This document shows, in pieces, positions 23,735-34,328 of a stretch of 35,560 bases of DNA. The notes beneath the pieces are model-generated. The model saw nothing but the letters and a program-made list of their open reading frames with translations, did no database searches and was not told the origin of the DNA. Each line of letters opens with the position of its first letter. Position 1 is the first letter of the stretch. The stretch is from a virus (lineage: Duplodnaviria; Caudoviricetes). The DNA lies in the IMG/VR virus record IMGVR_UViG_3300031965_000097, positions 1 to 35,560 of that record; one strand, given 5' to 3'. The position numbers and the translations under genes are program-made.

Positions 23735-24184
23735 ATGAACACAGCACAAACAATCATTGCAGCAGGTTTTGATCTGGGCAATCTGGACAACCCTGACTTC
23801 AACCAAGTCACGCACAAAGTCGCGGTTATCGAAGACGCGGACGGTGAACCAGTCTCAGGCTTCTATATTGTGGGCAAAAACAGCGCAGAGTATCAAGAAG
23901 CGAACAACGTTGTTCGCCATGACAACATTAAGCGTGCTTCCAAGCGGAGCAAGCACATTGACTCTAGTACCGATGAAGGTGCCCAAGTTGTCGCTAATAC
24001 TGTTGATCGTAACGAGAAAGCTATCGCCATTGCAATCACAGTGGGATGGTTCGGCTTCAACGCTGGCGGTCAACCGCGCGAGTTTGACAAGGCTCTTGTC
24101 GCAAAGATGTTTGACAAATTCCCGGTCTGGCAAGCTAAGGTAATAAATGACCTGGAGAAAGATTCAAATTTTATGAAGGTCTGA
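23735..24184 (+). CDS. Tail assembly chaperone (gpG-like)
   Basis: Between tube and tape measure; ends DSNF at a slippery site. Confidence 0.85.
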   Translation: MNTAQTIIAAGFDLGNLDNPDFNQVTHKVAVIEDADGEPVSGFYIVGKNSAEYQEANNVVRHDNIKRASKRSKHIDSSTDEGAQVVANTVDRNEKAIAIAITVGWFGFNAGGQPREFDKALVAKMFDKFPVWQAKVINDLEKDSNFMKV

Positions 24185-24549
24185 TCCGAGACTTAGTAGA
24201 ATTTGCCAAGTTCAAGTTTTATTGGAGCAGCGGGCAGTCGGATGGTGCGTCAACTCAGCAGCACGTTGACATTGCAAAGAAAAGCTGTTTTGCTGCCCTT
24301 GTAATTACGGATCAGACTTTTGAAGAGGCACCAAAAGAGATTTATTGTCCAGTTGAAGTTGAATATGTTTGGGACTGGTTTTGCGCATTAAGTAGGAGGA
24401 GGCAGAACGGAATGGCGCAGAATCCGCTTACTCACACAGAGATAACAGCATGGGCGGAGGGGATGAAACTAAACCTGTTACCTTTTGAACGTGAAGCAAT
24501 TGTAAGAATCGACGACGCTTTCCAAAGTCACTCTAACTCTAAAGATTAA
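24172..24549 (+). CDS. Frameshifted extension of the tail chaperone (gpGT-like)
   Basis: AAATTTT at 24166-24172; -1 frame open to TAA 24549 (YVWDWFCALSRRRQNGMAQNPL..EI.AW). Confidence 0.85.
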   Translation, partial: YEGLIRDLVEFAKFKFYWSSGQSDGASTQQHVDIAKKSCFAALVITDQTFEEAPKEIYCPVEVEYVWDWFCALSRRRQNGMAQNPLTHTEITAWAEGMKLNLLPFEREAIVRIDDAFQSHSNSKD

Positions 24550-24550
24550 A

Positions 24551-27500
24551 ATGGCAACTCCTCCAAGCGGCGGTACGGACATTGTAGCACTAGGTATCAG
24601 TGTTGACACGACGCAACCCGCGGAAGCTGCTGGAGCTTTAGATAAGCTTGGCACTGCTACTGTTAAAGTTGTCAAGAACTTGGACGATCTTAGCAACGCT
24701 ACTGAGAAAAATTCGAAATGGGTATCAGATGCTACCCAAAAATACCAGAACCAAATCCAGGTCTTGGAAGCAGCGTGGAAAGCTGAGCAATCTATGCTCA
24801 ATGCTGAAAAAGACGTTGATAAGATCCGTAGAGCTGCAGTCGGAACCTCTTCTGAACTTATCGCTAAGTTAGAGCAGTTGATTTCTGTTTACGGGTTAAC
24901 CCGCGAACAAGTGATGCGATTGAACGCAGAGCAGCTTAACATGTCTGCAGCAGCTGAGCCGCTCATTGCCAAGCTGGAAGCCTTGAAGGCGGCAACTGCT
25001 CGTTATGGGGCAGGCATCACCGACCTTGCGAGTATCGAGGAAAAAGAACGGTCTGCTGCGATCTCCCTCAATGCGCAACGTATCCGTTCAATTAACGAAC
25101 AAGCTGCTGCTGAAGAGTCTGCGCGCACCTCACTAAATGCGCAACGTATTCGTGCCATCAGTGAACAGAAAGCAGCTGAAGAGTCTGCTGCAACCTCTCT
25201 GCAAGCTTTCAGGCGTCGGACAATGGGGGAAAATCGTGTAGCTGCTATCGCCGAAATTGAGGCAATGGAGGCCGCACGGTTATCAGGTCTTGAACGTGAG
25301 CGATCTCGTGAAGCTGTATTTTCAGCATTCAAGAAACGTACGATCGCTGAGAATCAAGCGGAAGCTATTCGTAAAGCTAAAGAACACGAAGAAGCTGCTG
25401 TCAAGCTTGCAGAGAAGCAAGCCCTCGAAGAGATTAAATGGGCTCAGACCTCTACTCGTGCAAAGATTGCGGAACTGGAGCGTTTAAAAGCGTATCAAGC
25501 AAATACCGCTGTCCGTCCGGAGACAATTAACAGTTCTTTTTCAGGTGCAGCACTAAGAGACCTTGCTAATTTACAAAAGTATCACGATGAGGTTGCTAAG
25601 TCTGCCGGAGTCCACGGTAGAGCTAAAGCAGGGGTTAGTTCCTTTAGCGATTCTGTAAAAAACCTCGGATGGAATGCTCGTGCTTCAACTGAGCTTCTCG
25701 TCCTTGCTCACGAGGCAGTAGAAGGCCGGTTTAAAAGAATGCCTGGATCCTTAATGGTCCTAGGCGAATTTACTGGTGCTGCATCCTTAGCTTTTTCTAA
25801 GCTTGGCTTGGCAATTCTCGGCGTCGGCGCAGCGTTTGTCACATTAAGTTACGCTATTGTCAAAGGTATCCTCGAACAAAAGGCGATGAATGATGCCTTG
25901 ATTTTTAGTGGCAATTACGCTGGGCAGACCGCCGAGTCCTTACTTGGCGTAGCTCGGGCTGCAGCAGATATGTCCGGCTCTATTGGTGTGGCCAAAGAAG
26001 CTGTAATTGCTCTCGCTGAAAGTGGCCGGTTTACAAGTGATCAATTTGCACTTGTGACAGAAGCCGTTGTTGCTTGGGAACACGCAACAGGTCGTGGGGT
26101 AAACAATATAGTCAAAGAATTTGAATCCCTTGCAGTTCAAGCTACTGGCCACACTAAACGTGCCTCTGAGCAGGTGTCTATCAATTTGATGAAACTTAAT
26201 GACACTTATCATTTTACCACACAAGCTGTTTACGAACAAATTCGAGTTTTGGAATTGGAGGGCAAGCAGCGTGAGGCTTCCACCCTTGCCCTTGCCACCT
26301 ATGCTGAAGAAGCGCAGCGTCGTTCTACAGAATCTGCCAACAATCTTGGAAAAATTGAGAAAGCATGGAAGGCGATTAAACATGCAACAGGAGAAGCTAT
26401 CGACTCAATGATGAGTTGGGGTAAGACTGCTGGCCCAATGGAGAAATTGGCCCAAGCCCAAGCTGATCAAGCGAAAGCCCAAGCTGAGCTTGATCGACTG
26501 AATAACGGAGGGAAGGACCGTTTAAGCGCTTCTCGTGAAGCGTTGGCTCAAGAAGCTTTAGCAAAAGCCAATGCTTCTGTTGTAGCTGCTTCTAAAGAAC
26601 TTTTAGGTGTCCAGGAACGTCTCTATGAGCAAGGTGAACGAGCTCGTACGCAAGCAGATGCTATTCATGCTTCTCAAGCTATATTTATGCAACAGCAACA
26701 ACTCCAGCGTAAAAGCATGGGTGAATTGAATTGGACCTTAAAAGAGTATGAAGAACGCATTAAGGTAATCAAGGAAGGCAACCCTGATAGCATCTTGGTA
26801 AGCGATGAAGCTGTTGCTGACATGATTGCCGCTATTACAAAAGCACACACTCAAACTGTCAAAATTGTCCGCGATGGGCGTAAGCAACAGCTCTCAGCCC
26901 AAATGGAAGGTGCAACTGCGGAATATAATCTTACAAAGCAAGCCACGGAGACTAACGAGAGACTGTTGTCTGAAGCTTACCGAGCAGGTGTGGTCATGAG
27001 CGATAGCTATTACTCCGCTCTGAGAGAAGGGCGTGCAGATGAGCTACGTGCGGTTGACCGTGAATATATAACAAAGATTAAATTCTTAGCTGACTTCAAG
27101 GCAAAGGGCAACGATGAAAAAGAAGAAGTAAAACGCCGTCTGCAAGAAATAACTAACGCACATGAGCTTGCAGCGCAACGAATCAAAGATGCAACAGTTC
27201 AAGACGAACTAAAACAAACTAGTGCTAAAAAGAAGATTGAAGACGATTCGGACAACTCTATTGGAAAGTTTTTATCAGATCTGTTAAAAGAAGCAGAAGC
27301 GTTAGAGAATGCTAATCTGGCCCGTGAAAGGTCAAAGTCTGTAATTGAACAGGAAGCACTTGCTAGAACTAACAACGCTATTGCCGCATTGCAAGAGAAT
27401 AGGGCTCGTCAAATTTTAAATGGGGCAAGTGAAGACGAAATTAAGCAGACTGAGAAGCTTATCCTCTACTTGGAACAGGTCGCCAAACTGCGCGGGAGGA

Positions 27501-30500
27501 TTGTGGCTGCTCAAATCAAGAAGGACGAGAACAAGGGTTTCGACGACATGTTCAAGGACATGGAAAAAGATGCCAAGAAGCTTGAAAATGTCTTGTCTTC
27601 TTCTTTTGGAAACATTGGGAAGTCTATTGGTAAAGCTGTCCGTGCTTTGATGGAATATCGTAAGACACAGAACGAAATTGAGAAAGATTACAAAAAAGAA
27701 CACGCCAATGCAGCGGGGGACCAGAAAAAAGAGATCAAAGCATTGGAAAAGATGCAGAAGGATTCCGCAGAAGCTCAAGTCAAGAGTTACGGAGACATGG
27801 CGGGTGCTGCTAAAGGATTTGTTAGCGAGAAAACGGCTGCTTATAGAATCTTGTCAATGACCGAGCAAGGTTTTCGAGCATTGCAACTGATGCTTTCTAT
27901 CTCTGCAATGGTGATGGATAATACGGAAACTGCCAATTCTGTAAAGAACGCTACAGTAAAAACTGCAACTTCTACTACCGCAGGCGTTGCAAAAGCATTC
28001 GAGCAAATGGGTGTCTGGGGATTTGTGGGAGCAGCGGCAATCCTAGCTTTTATGGCAGCGATCGGCGCTAAGGGGTCCGGCGGGGGGAGTGGGGTGTCTG
28101 TTTCTCAACAACGTCAAGAAAAGAATGGCACCGGAACTGTGTTTGGTGATGAAACTGAAAAGTCCGAATCTCTTGCAAACTCAATCGACCTGCTTGCGGA
28201 CAATTCTGATATTGCTCTGAAGCATACCTCGGGCATGCTATCTGCTTTAAAGAACATTGAAGCTAATATTGGCGGGTTAGCAAACCTTGTTGTTCAAGCT
28301 TCCGGTCTCCGTGGCACGAAGCAGGACGTTGATGCGCTCAATTTAAAAACACCTTCAGGAGTATTGTCTTCCTTATTTGGAGGGAAAACCCAGACGTTGC
28401 TAGACTCAGGAATTTCTGTATCTAACCAGAATCTTGGGCAAGCTCTTAATGAAGGAATTGCCGCGCGAACTTATTCTGAAATCCAAAGCGTTAGGAAATT
28501 CTTAGGTATTACTATTAGCACTAAAAAAGAGACCCGATACGGTGAGCTTGAGCAAGAGCTCAAAGACCAGTTTACCCGCGTACTGGCGGACATGGTGACT
28601 GGTGTAGCTACCGCTGCCGAAGGCTTGGGACGTTCGGGTGCTACCGTTCGCGAAACTTTAAATTCCATGGACATTTCCTTAAGCGAGATATCGTTCAAAG
28701 ATTTGTCCGGTGAAGAAATTCAAGAAGAGCTACAAGCCTTATTCAGCTCCATTGGTGACAATATGGCTTCTCTCGGCCTAAGAGGTCTTGGAGTTGAGTC
28801 GTTTCAGAAAGTGGGCGAAGGATTGTTGGAAACAACGATCAGAGTTTCTTCTGGAATAGAAATTGCACAGTATGCATTGGAACAATTGGGGATTGCAGCC
28901 GTTGATTATACTGCTATAACACAGAAACAAGGTGACGTTGCTGTAGAGATGATTCGCGATAGCTTGTTGGCAGTAGAGGCTGGAAGTGGTGTTGCAGAAA
29001 TGATCCGCACACTTACAGGAACCGCAGACGACTTAATTAGCGCTTATGCTGATCTTAATGAAGTACGAGACCTACTGAATTCCGCTGGTCTCAATGGTAC
29101 TAACTTGTCAAGGGACACGGTACGTGGTGCGGGCGGGCTTGATCCGTTGAAGTCAGGTCTTGAAACCTATTCTGAAGAATTCTTCACAGATGCGGAACGA
29201 CATGCTTTTGCACTTTCCAGGTTAACAATAGAGTTTGCAAAGCTTGGCCGAGCCTTGCCCGATTCTCGGGAAGGATTCCGAGCACTGGTGACATCTGTTG
29301 ACGATGGTACTGAAGCTGGTGACCGTTTAGTTGGTAAGTTGTTAACTCTATCAGAAGCATTCGCTGACGTAATGGACTCGGCTGATGACACTGCAGAATC
29401 CATTCGGGACTCAGCCCGTGCAGCAGCAGACGTCAAGATGGAAAATCTGGAAGCTGCTTTTACACAGCTTCAACGTTCCGTTGAAGCTGTCCGTAAGCGT
29501 GCCATTGAAGATTATAATGAGACGGTTAAAAACTTCAATAATGGCATTAAAGATGTAAATGCGTCTATTGGTGCTTTGAATCGGTTAGCGGGTTCTTTAC
29601 GTTCCACGATTGAACGTATGCGTTTGCCGGTCGAATTTGGTGCCGATCGTACTGCAGCACAAGCTCAAATCATAACTGCTCTAGCTATTGCCCGAGCTGG
29701 TGGAGTATTGCCGAAAATTGAAGATTTACAATCTGCCTTAAATGTCGTTAGCCAACCTAGCGAGCAACTATTTAGCACATTTTTGGACTACCAACGTGAC
29801 TTCATAATCACCAGGAATAATATTACTGGTCTAGCAACACTAACGGACGTACAGTTGACGGTTGAAGAACAAACTTTGACCACACTGAATGCCCAACTGG
29901 AAGCTGCGCAAGCCGCGCATGAAGCTGAGATGGGTAGTCTGGACGCGATCTTGGAAACAGCTCGTAACGAGATAGATATCCTCAACGGCATCCGAGTTGG
30001 GGTGCTCGCAATCCCAGAAGCGTTAGCTCGGTTCAACAGTGCCCTGGGTGTGGCAAAAGCTGACCCAATCCTTGGTTCGACGGGTGCTATTTCTGGTGCT
30101 TATAACCAGTATTTGCATCGGGATCCGGAAGAACGTGGTCTGACTTATTGGCAAGACCAAGCGGCAACTGGTACTTCAGTTGATGACATTGTTTGGAACA
30201 TTGCTAACTCTAATGAATCGAAGATTCAACAATTGTATGGAAGCATTCTTGGTCGAGTTGGTGAGGCTGCAGGAGTGGATTATTGGACGCAAAAGCTTGA
30301 GCAGGGCGTCTCTGTTGCAGCCATTGAAAATGAATTTTATCATTCCGACGAATATTTGTCCAAGCTGCCAAGTTTAGACATAGGTACGAATTCGTTGCCC
30401 GCAGATATGCCTATCATGGCACACGCTGGTGAACGCATTATACCCCCTGCAGACAATCGGGAGCTAATGTCCAGACTAAGTAGCCCTGCTGCAAATAATG

Positions 30501-30664
30501 CAGTGTTGATCGCAGAACTGCGCGCCCAACGCGCAGAGAATAAAGAAATGAAACAAATGCTTGAGCAACATTTATATGCGATCGCAAAAACCAATCTTGC
30601 GACATCTGAAGCGATAGAGGATGCTGTAACAGGTAAGCGTCCACTCCAAACAGAAGTGGTCTAA
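24551..30664 (+). CDS. Tape measure protein with C-terminal DUF4214-like repeats
   Basis: 2037 aa, helical and Ala-rich; lambda-type ALI.SGNYAG.T segment; YL.R.PE..GL.YW repeats. Confidence 0.93.
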   Translation: MATPPSGGTDIVALGISVDTTQPAEAAGALDKLGTATVKVVKNLDDLSNATEKNSKWVSDATQKYQNQIQVLEAAWKAEQSMLNAEKDVDKIRRAAVGTSSELIAKLEQLISVYGLTREQVMRLNAEQLNMSAAAEPLIAKLEALKAATARYGAGITDLASIEEKERSAAISLNAQRIRSINEQAAAEESARTSLNAQRIRAISEQKAAEESAATSLQAFRRRTMGENRVAAIAEIEAMEAARLSGLERERSREAVFSAFKKRTIAENQAEAIRKAKEHEEAAVKLAEKQALEEIKWAQTSTRAKIAELERLKAYQANTAVRPETINSSFSGAALRDLANLQKYHDEVAKSAGVHGRAKAGVSSFSDSVKNLGWNARASTELLVLAHEAVEGRFKRMPGSLMVLGEFTGAASLAFSKLGLAILGVGAAFVTLSYAIVKGILEQKAMNDALIFSGNYAGQTAESLLGVARAAADMSGSIGVAKEAVIALAESGRFTSDQFALVTEAVVAWEHATGRGVNNIVKEFESLAVQATGHTKRASEQVSINLMKLNDTYHFTTQAVYEQIRVLELEGKQREASTLALATYAEEAQRRSTESANNLGKIEKAWKAIKHATGEAIDSMMSWGKTAGPMEKLAQAQADQAKAQAELDRLNNGGKDRLSASREALAQEALAKANASVVAASKELLGVQERLYEQGERARTQADAIHASQAIFMQQQQLQRKSMGELNWTLKEYEERIKVIKEGNPDSILVSDEAVADMIAAITKAHTQTVKIVRDGRKQQLSAQMEGATAEYNLTKQATETNERLLSEAYRAGVVMSDSYYSALREGRADELRAVDREYITKIKFLADFKAKGNDEKEEVKRRLQEITNAHELAAQRIKDATVQDELKQTSAKKKIEDDSDNSIGKFLSDLLKEAEALENANLARERSKSVIEQEALARTNNAIAALQENRARQILNGASEDEIKQTEKLILYLEQVAKLRGRIVAAQIKKDENKGFDDMFKDMEKDAKKLENVLSSSFGNIGKSIGKAVRALMEYRKTQNEIEKDYKKEHANAAGDQKKEIKALEKMQKDSAEAQVKSYGDMAGAAKGFVSEKTAAYRILSMTEQGFRALQLMLSISAMVMDNTETANSVKNATVKTATSTTAGVAKAFEQMGVWGFVGAAAILAFMAAIGAKGSGGGSGVSVSQQRQEKNGTGTVFGDETEKSESLANSIDLLADNSDIALKHTSGMLSALKNIEANIGGLANLVVQASGLRGTKQDVDALNLKTPSGVLSSLFGGKTQTLLDSGISVSNQNLGQALNEGIAARTYSEIQSVRKFLGITISTKKETRYGELEQELKDQFTRVLADMVTGVATAAEGLGRSGATVRETLNSMDISLSEISFKDLSGEEIQEELQALFSSIGDNMASLGLRGLGVESFQKVGEGLLETTIRVSSGIEIAQYALEQLGIAAVDYTAITQKQGDVAVEMIRDSLLAVEAGSGVAEMIRTLTGTADDLISAYADLNEVRDLLNSAGLNGTNLSRDTVRGAGGLDPLKSGLETYSEEFFTDAERHAFALSRLTIEFAKLGRALPDSREGFRALVTSVDDGTEAGDRLVGKLLTLSEAFADVMDSADDTAESIRDSARAAADVKMENLEAAFTQLQRSVEAVRKRAIEDYNETVKNFNNGIKDVNASIGALNRLAGSLRSTIERMRLPVEFGADRTAAQAQIITALAIARAGGVLPKIEDLQSALNVVSQPSEQLFSTFLDYQRDFIITRNNITGLATLTDVQLTVEEQTLTTLNAQLEAAQAAHEAEMGSLDAILETARNEIDILNGIRVGVLAIPEALARFNSALGVAKADPILGSTGAISGAYNQYLHRDPEERGLTYWQDQAATGTSVDDIVWNIANSNESKIQQLYGSILGRVGEAAGVDYWTQKLEQGVSVAAIENEFYHSDEYLSKLPSLDIGTNSLPADMPIMAHAGERIIPPADNRELMSRLSSPAANNAVLIAELRAQRAENKEMKQMLEQHLYAIAKTNLATSEAIEDAVTGKRPLQTEVV

Positions 30665-30665
30665 T

Positions 30666-30794
30666 ATGCTAATTATTGAACCGATCGTCGTTAATGACTC
30701 CGTACTGACCACCTCAAATGTAGCAAAATCGGACCAGCGCGGCCTGGCTATGAAAATGATCGAAGACCAGTCGCTGGAAACGCAGGAGTCGTAA
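30666..30794 (+). pseudogene. 42-aa chimeric remnant (MLIIEPIVVNDSVLTTSNVA...SLETQES)
   Basis: N-terminus mirrors the next gene's MYIIDPIKITD...AMLVSNV; stop overlaps ATG 30794. Confidence 0.55.
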
Positions 30795-32914
30795 TGTATA
30801 TTATCGATCCAATCAAGATTACTGATCCTGGCTCATTCACGCGAGCCAGCACAGGCACTTATTACGATAGTGATGGTGTGGTTCAAACGGCAGCGGTGGA
30901 CGTTCCACGTTTTGACTATGACCCGTCCGATCTGACTGCTGCGCCTGAGTTATTGATCGAAGCGGAGGCGACCAACGTCGCGCAGAGGTCTGAAGAGTTG
31001 GACAATGGTTTTTGGTCGCCGACGCGTGTAACGGTTACGCCAAATGCAACGACGGCTCCTGACGATGCGTCCACAGCAGATCTCATTACAGAAGATTCAA
31101 CAGCGTCCGCGACGCACCTACTTGGTAATGCGGCTTCATTTAGTGTAACAGCCAATCAAAATCATGCCCTCTCGGTTTGGGTGCAATCTGCTATTGGCGG
31201 AAGAACTAGGTGCCGATTGGTGTTATCCCAGGGCGGCGATGAGGTTGGGATTAACGCCGACCTTGCAGCAGGTACGATCACGGAACACACGACTGGGAGC
31301 GGCATTGTCGCCTCATCTGAGATCGAAAGTTGCCCTAATAACTGGTTCCGTATTAGTGTGGCGGGGAAGTGCAATGCGACAGGCACGACGCTCCAAACTG
31401 TTTTATACCTCGCCGATGACACTGGCAACATTACGTACGACGGCAATGGTGCAGCCTCGATGTATGCGTGGGGCATACAGTTGGAGAACGACACTGCTTC
31501 CGCAACTAGCTACATTCCGACCACTAGTGCGTCCGTTACCAGATCTGCGGACGTCAACAATGCGATGCTGGTATCCAACGTGCTGGAAAATGATCATTCC
31601 ACATGGGCGGCGTCGACCACATACGCGACAGGTGACCGCGTCATAGAGACGTCGTCCAGCTCGACTGTCACCATCAGCATCGCGTCGCCTTGTGTGGTGA
31701 CGTGGACCGCGCATGGACGGGCACCAAACACAGCGGTGGCGTTCACGACGACTGGCGGACTGCCGTCCGGCATCACTGCGGGCGTGGAATATTACGTCAT
31801 TGCGGTCGATGCCGACACGTTCAAACTGGCGGAAAAGGCCAGCGGTTCTGCCATGAACACCTTCGGGTCACAATCCGGCACGCATACCGCAAGGGCGCGG
31901 GTCCATAAAATCTACGAATCGCTGGCTGGCAGCCGGTCCACTGTAACGATGACGATTGCAAGTCCATGTGTTGTTACCTGGACCGCGCACGGGCTGGCCG
32001 AAGATACGCGGATATCGTTCACAACGACCGGGGGCCTACCTACCGGGCTGGTCGCTGGAACTGTGTATTACGTCCTTTCTCCAGCGACCGACACATTCAA
32101 TGTCGCGGCGACGGCTGGAGGAGCAGCAATCAACACATCCGGATCGCAGTCTGGCACGCATACGGCGACCGCCACACCAGCGGCGAGCTACAACAAACAG
32201 CCTGCCATCAACACGTCTTCTTGGCAAGACCTCGGTTCAACGAACAGGTGGAAAATGTTCGACGAGCAAAATAATACCCAGACAGAGAATCCTGAATCCA
32301 TTGTGGTCACAGTCAGCCCCGTTGAGATTGCCAACGGTGTCTATTTGGGCGGTGTTGAAGGCGACAGTGTCACCGTAACTGTCACAGATGCAATTGAAGG
32401 TTTAGTTTATAGCGAGGTCCAGAGTCTTATTTTATCCAATTCTGCTAGTAGTTTCTGGAATTGGTTCTTCAAACGCATTACTAGAAAGACAGTGTTCATA
32501 TCTGCGCTGTTGCCCATGTACGCTAACCCAGTAATCTTAATCACGATAGATAAACCCGGAGGCGTGGCGAAATGCGGAATGTGTCGTTTCGGACAGACTG
32601 CGGAAGTCGGATTATCTGAGTATGGAGTCAGTACAACCATCAAAGACTACTCGACTACTCAGTTTAATTTCGATGGAACTAGCAGTACTGTGGAGCGCGG
32701 ATTCTCTAAAATTATGTCTTTGGATGTGGTTCTTGACAACGATGTTATAGACTCTGTGCAGAATTTGCTTGCTAATTACCGCCAACGTAATGTAGTATGG
32801 GTACCTACAGACTATGAATCCAGTGTTATTTACGGGAAATTTTCAAGCTTCAGGAATGTTATTGAAGGGCCGACACATTCAAAGATGGCCTTACAGATTG
32901 ATGGAGTAATTTAA
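30794..32914 (+). CDS. Distal tail/baseplate-region protein with inserted beta domains
   Basis: W.DLG.TNRW.MFD core; FTRAS..PR..LLIE..TN insert; two TVT.SIASPCVVTWTAHG repeats. Confidence 0.8.
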   Translation: MYIIDPIKITDPGSFTRASTGTYYDSDGVVQTAAVDVPRFDYDPSDLTAAPELLIEAEATNVAQRSEELDNGFWSPTRVTVTPNATTAPDDASTADLITEDSTASATHLLGNAASFSVTANQNHALSVWVQSAIGGRTRCRLVLSQGGDEVGINADLAAGTITEHTTGSGIVASSEIESCPNNWFRISVAGKCNATGTTLQTVLYLADDTGNITYDGNGAASMYAWGIQLENDTASATSYIPTTSASVTRSADVNNAMLVSNVLENDHSTWAASTTYATGDRVIETSSSSTVTISIASPCVVTWTAHGRAPNTAVAFTTTGGLPSGITAGVEYYVIAVDADTFKLAEKASGSAMNTFGSQSGTHTARARVHKIYESLAGSRSTVTMTIASPCVVTWTAHGLAEDTRISFTTTGGLPTGLVAGTVYYVLSPATDTFNVAATAGGAAINTSGSQSGTHTATATPAASYNKQPAINTSSWQDLGSTNRWKMFDEQNNTQTENPESIVVTVSPVEIANGVYLGGVEGDSVTVTVTDAIEGLVYSEVQSLILSNSASSFWNWFFKRITRKTVFISALLPMYANPVILITIDKPGGVAKCGMCRFGQTAEVGLSEYGVSTTIKDYSTTQFNFDGTSSTVERGFSKIMSLDVVLDNDVIDSVQNLLANYRQRNVVWVPTDYESSVIYGKFSSFRNVIEGPTHSKMALQIDGVI

Positions 32915-33819
32915 TGACAATTGATGCGTTACCGACACCGGGGCCAGACAGGACGCAAACACAAGCAGCTTTCGACGCTTCTGTGGCTGCGCTAATGACA
33001 GCGTGGCCGACTTTCATTACTCAAGCCAACGCGCTTGCTGCTGCAATGAATGCCATTGCTGCCGGCACCGCTTTCGCGATCCCATACACGTTCAGCACGA
33101 CCACGGCCGATGCCGATCCTGGCGCGGGGCTCCTGCGTCTGGATCAAGCCACGCAGAATACCGCGACCGCTATCCGCGTGGATTTGCTTGGCTCTGACAC
33201 CGGCGATTACACAGACTTAATCGATTCGTTCGATGCCAGCACCAGCACGGTAAAGGGAAACATCAGGCTGGTAAAGTTAGCCGACCCAACGAAGTGGATC
33301 GACTTCGACATAACAGCCGTTGGTGCTGAATCCGGCTACCGGAACCTCACTGTCTCGGTCGTGGATTCCAGCGCAGCCAGTCCCTTCACTGACGCTAACG
33401 AACTGCTGCTGCTGTTCACGCGGACGGGTGATAAGGGCGACACCGGGACGGCGGCGACGCAGACCGAAATGGAAGCTGCGTCCAGCAACACCGTGTTTGC
33501 AACTCCGTCGAATATGAAGTGGCATCCCGGTATTGCGAAAGCGTGGCTTAAATGCGATGCTGCGGGGGCAATTCAGGTATCGCACAACATCACGTCTATT
33601 ACGGACAACGGCACTGGTGACGTTACGGTGACTATTGCAACAGATTTTAGCAGTGCGGATTTCGCCCCAGTTGCAACACCTATTTCCGGAGGAGCAACCT
33701 TTGTGCATATAAACCCTAGTGGTCTAGCTGCCGGGTCTTTTAATGCGCTTTGTCGAAACGATGCCGGGTCCGCCACTGATCCGTCAAACTGGTCGTTTGT
33801 GTGCTTCGGAGATCAATAA
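32914..33819 (+). CDS. Tail fibre/tip protein
   Basis: LPT.P.R...F N-terminus, ADPG.G.LRL, GDKGD, C-terminal AKAW..S.NI.SITD.GTG. Confidence 0.75.
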   Translation: MTIDALPTPGPDRTQTQAAFDASVAALMTAWPTFITQANALAAAMNAIAAGTAFAIPYTFSTTTADADPGAGLLRLDQATQNTATAIRVDLLGSDTGDYTDLIDSFDASTSTVKGNIRLVKLADPTKWIDFDITAVGAESGYRNLTVSVVDSSAASPFTDANELLLLFTRTGDKGDTGTAATQTEMEAASSNTVFATPSNMKWHPGIAKAWLKCDAAGAIQVSHNITSITDNGTGDVTVTIATDFSSADFAPVATPISGGATFVHINPSGLAAGSFNALCRNDAGSATDPSNWSFVCFGDQ

Positions 33820-34328
33820 TGAAAATCGCGATTAATCGCACTGATGGCGGCGCATCTCTGATGACGCCGATCTTTCCGGATCTACCGATGACGGACGACG
33901 AGCGCGCCGAGTTTATCGACACCATCGTTGAACAATGGAAGGCCGCGCAACCCGGACAATATATCAGTCATCATGAAATCGACGAATCAGAATTGCCGTC
34001 GTCTCGAACGGATCGTTCGCGGTGGGGTGTCGTCGATGGCCGCCTTGTTGCCGACGCGCTGCCGCCGACACGCGAACACCTAAAAGCCGCCCGCGCCGAA
34101 GCCGTCGCGCGCATCACCGTCACAACGTCCATCGGTAATACCTTCGACGGCGACGAAGACAGCCAGTCCCGCATGTCTCGCGCAATCCTGATCAGCCAAG
34201 CTACCGGCCAGACGGAAACCACATGGACACTTGGAGATAACTCGATCGTAACAGTTACGAGTGCTGAATTAATGGAAGCACTAGCACTAGCTGGGCAGCA
34301 GCAGTCCGAACTGTGGGCAATACCGTGA
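33819..34328 (+). CDS. Tail fibre-associated protein, DUF4376-like C-terminus
   Basis: FDGDE.SQ.RM.RAI, W.L.DN motifs; start at ATG 33819. Confidence 0.75.
   Translation: MKIAINRTDGGASLMTPIFPDLPMTDDERAEFIDTIVEQWKAAQPGQYISHHEIDESELPSSRTDRSRWGVVDGRLVADALPPTREHLKAARAEAVARITVTTSIGNTFDGDEDSQSRMSRAILISQATGQTETTWTLGDNSIVTVTSAELMEALALAGQQQSELWAIP

Noticed and set aside
25060-25200. 66-nt (22-aa) repeats in the tape measure
   Set aside because: Normal tape measure periodicity.
31660-32170. DGR template/variable repeat pair
   Set aside because: Both copies are in-frame protein repeats with mostly synonymous, non-adenine-specific differences; no reverse transcriptase in the window.
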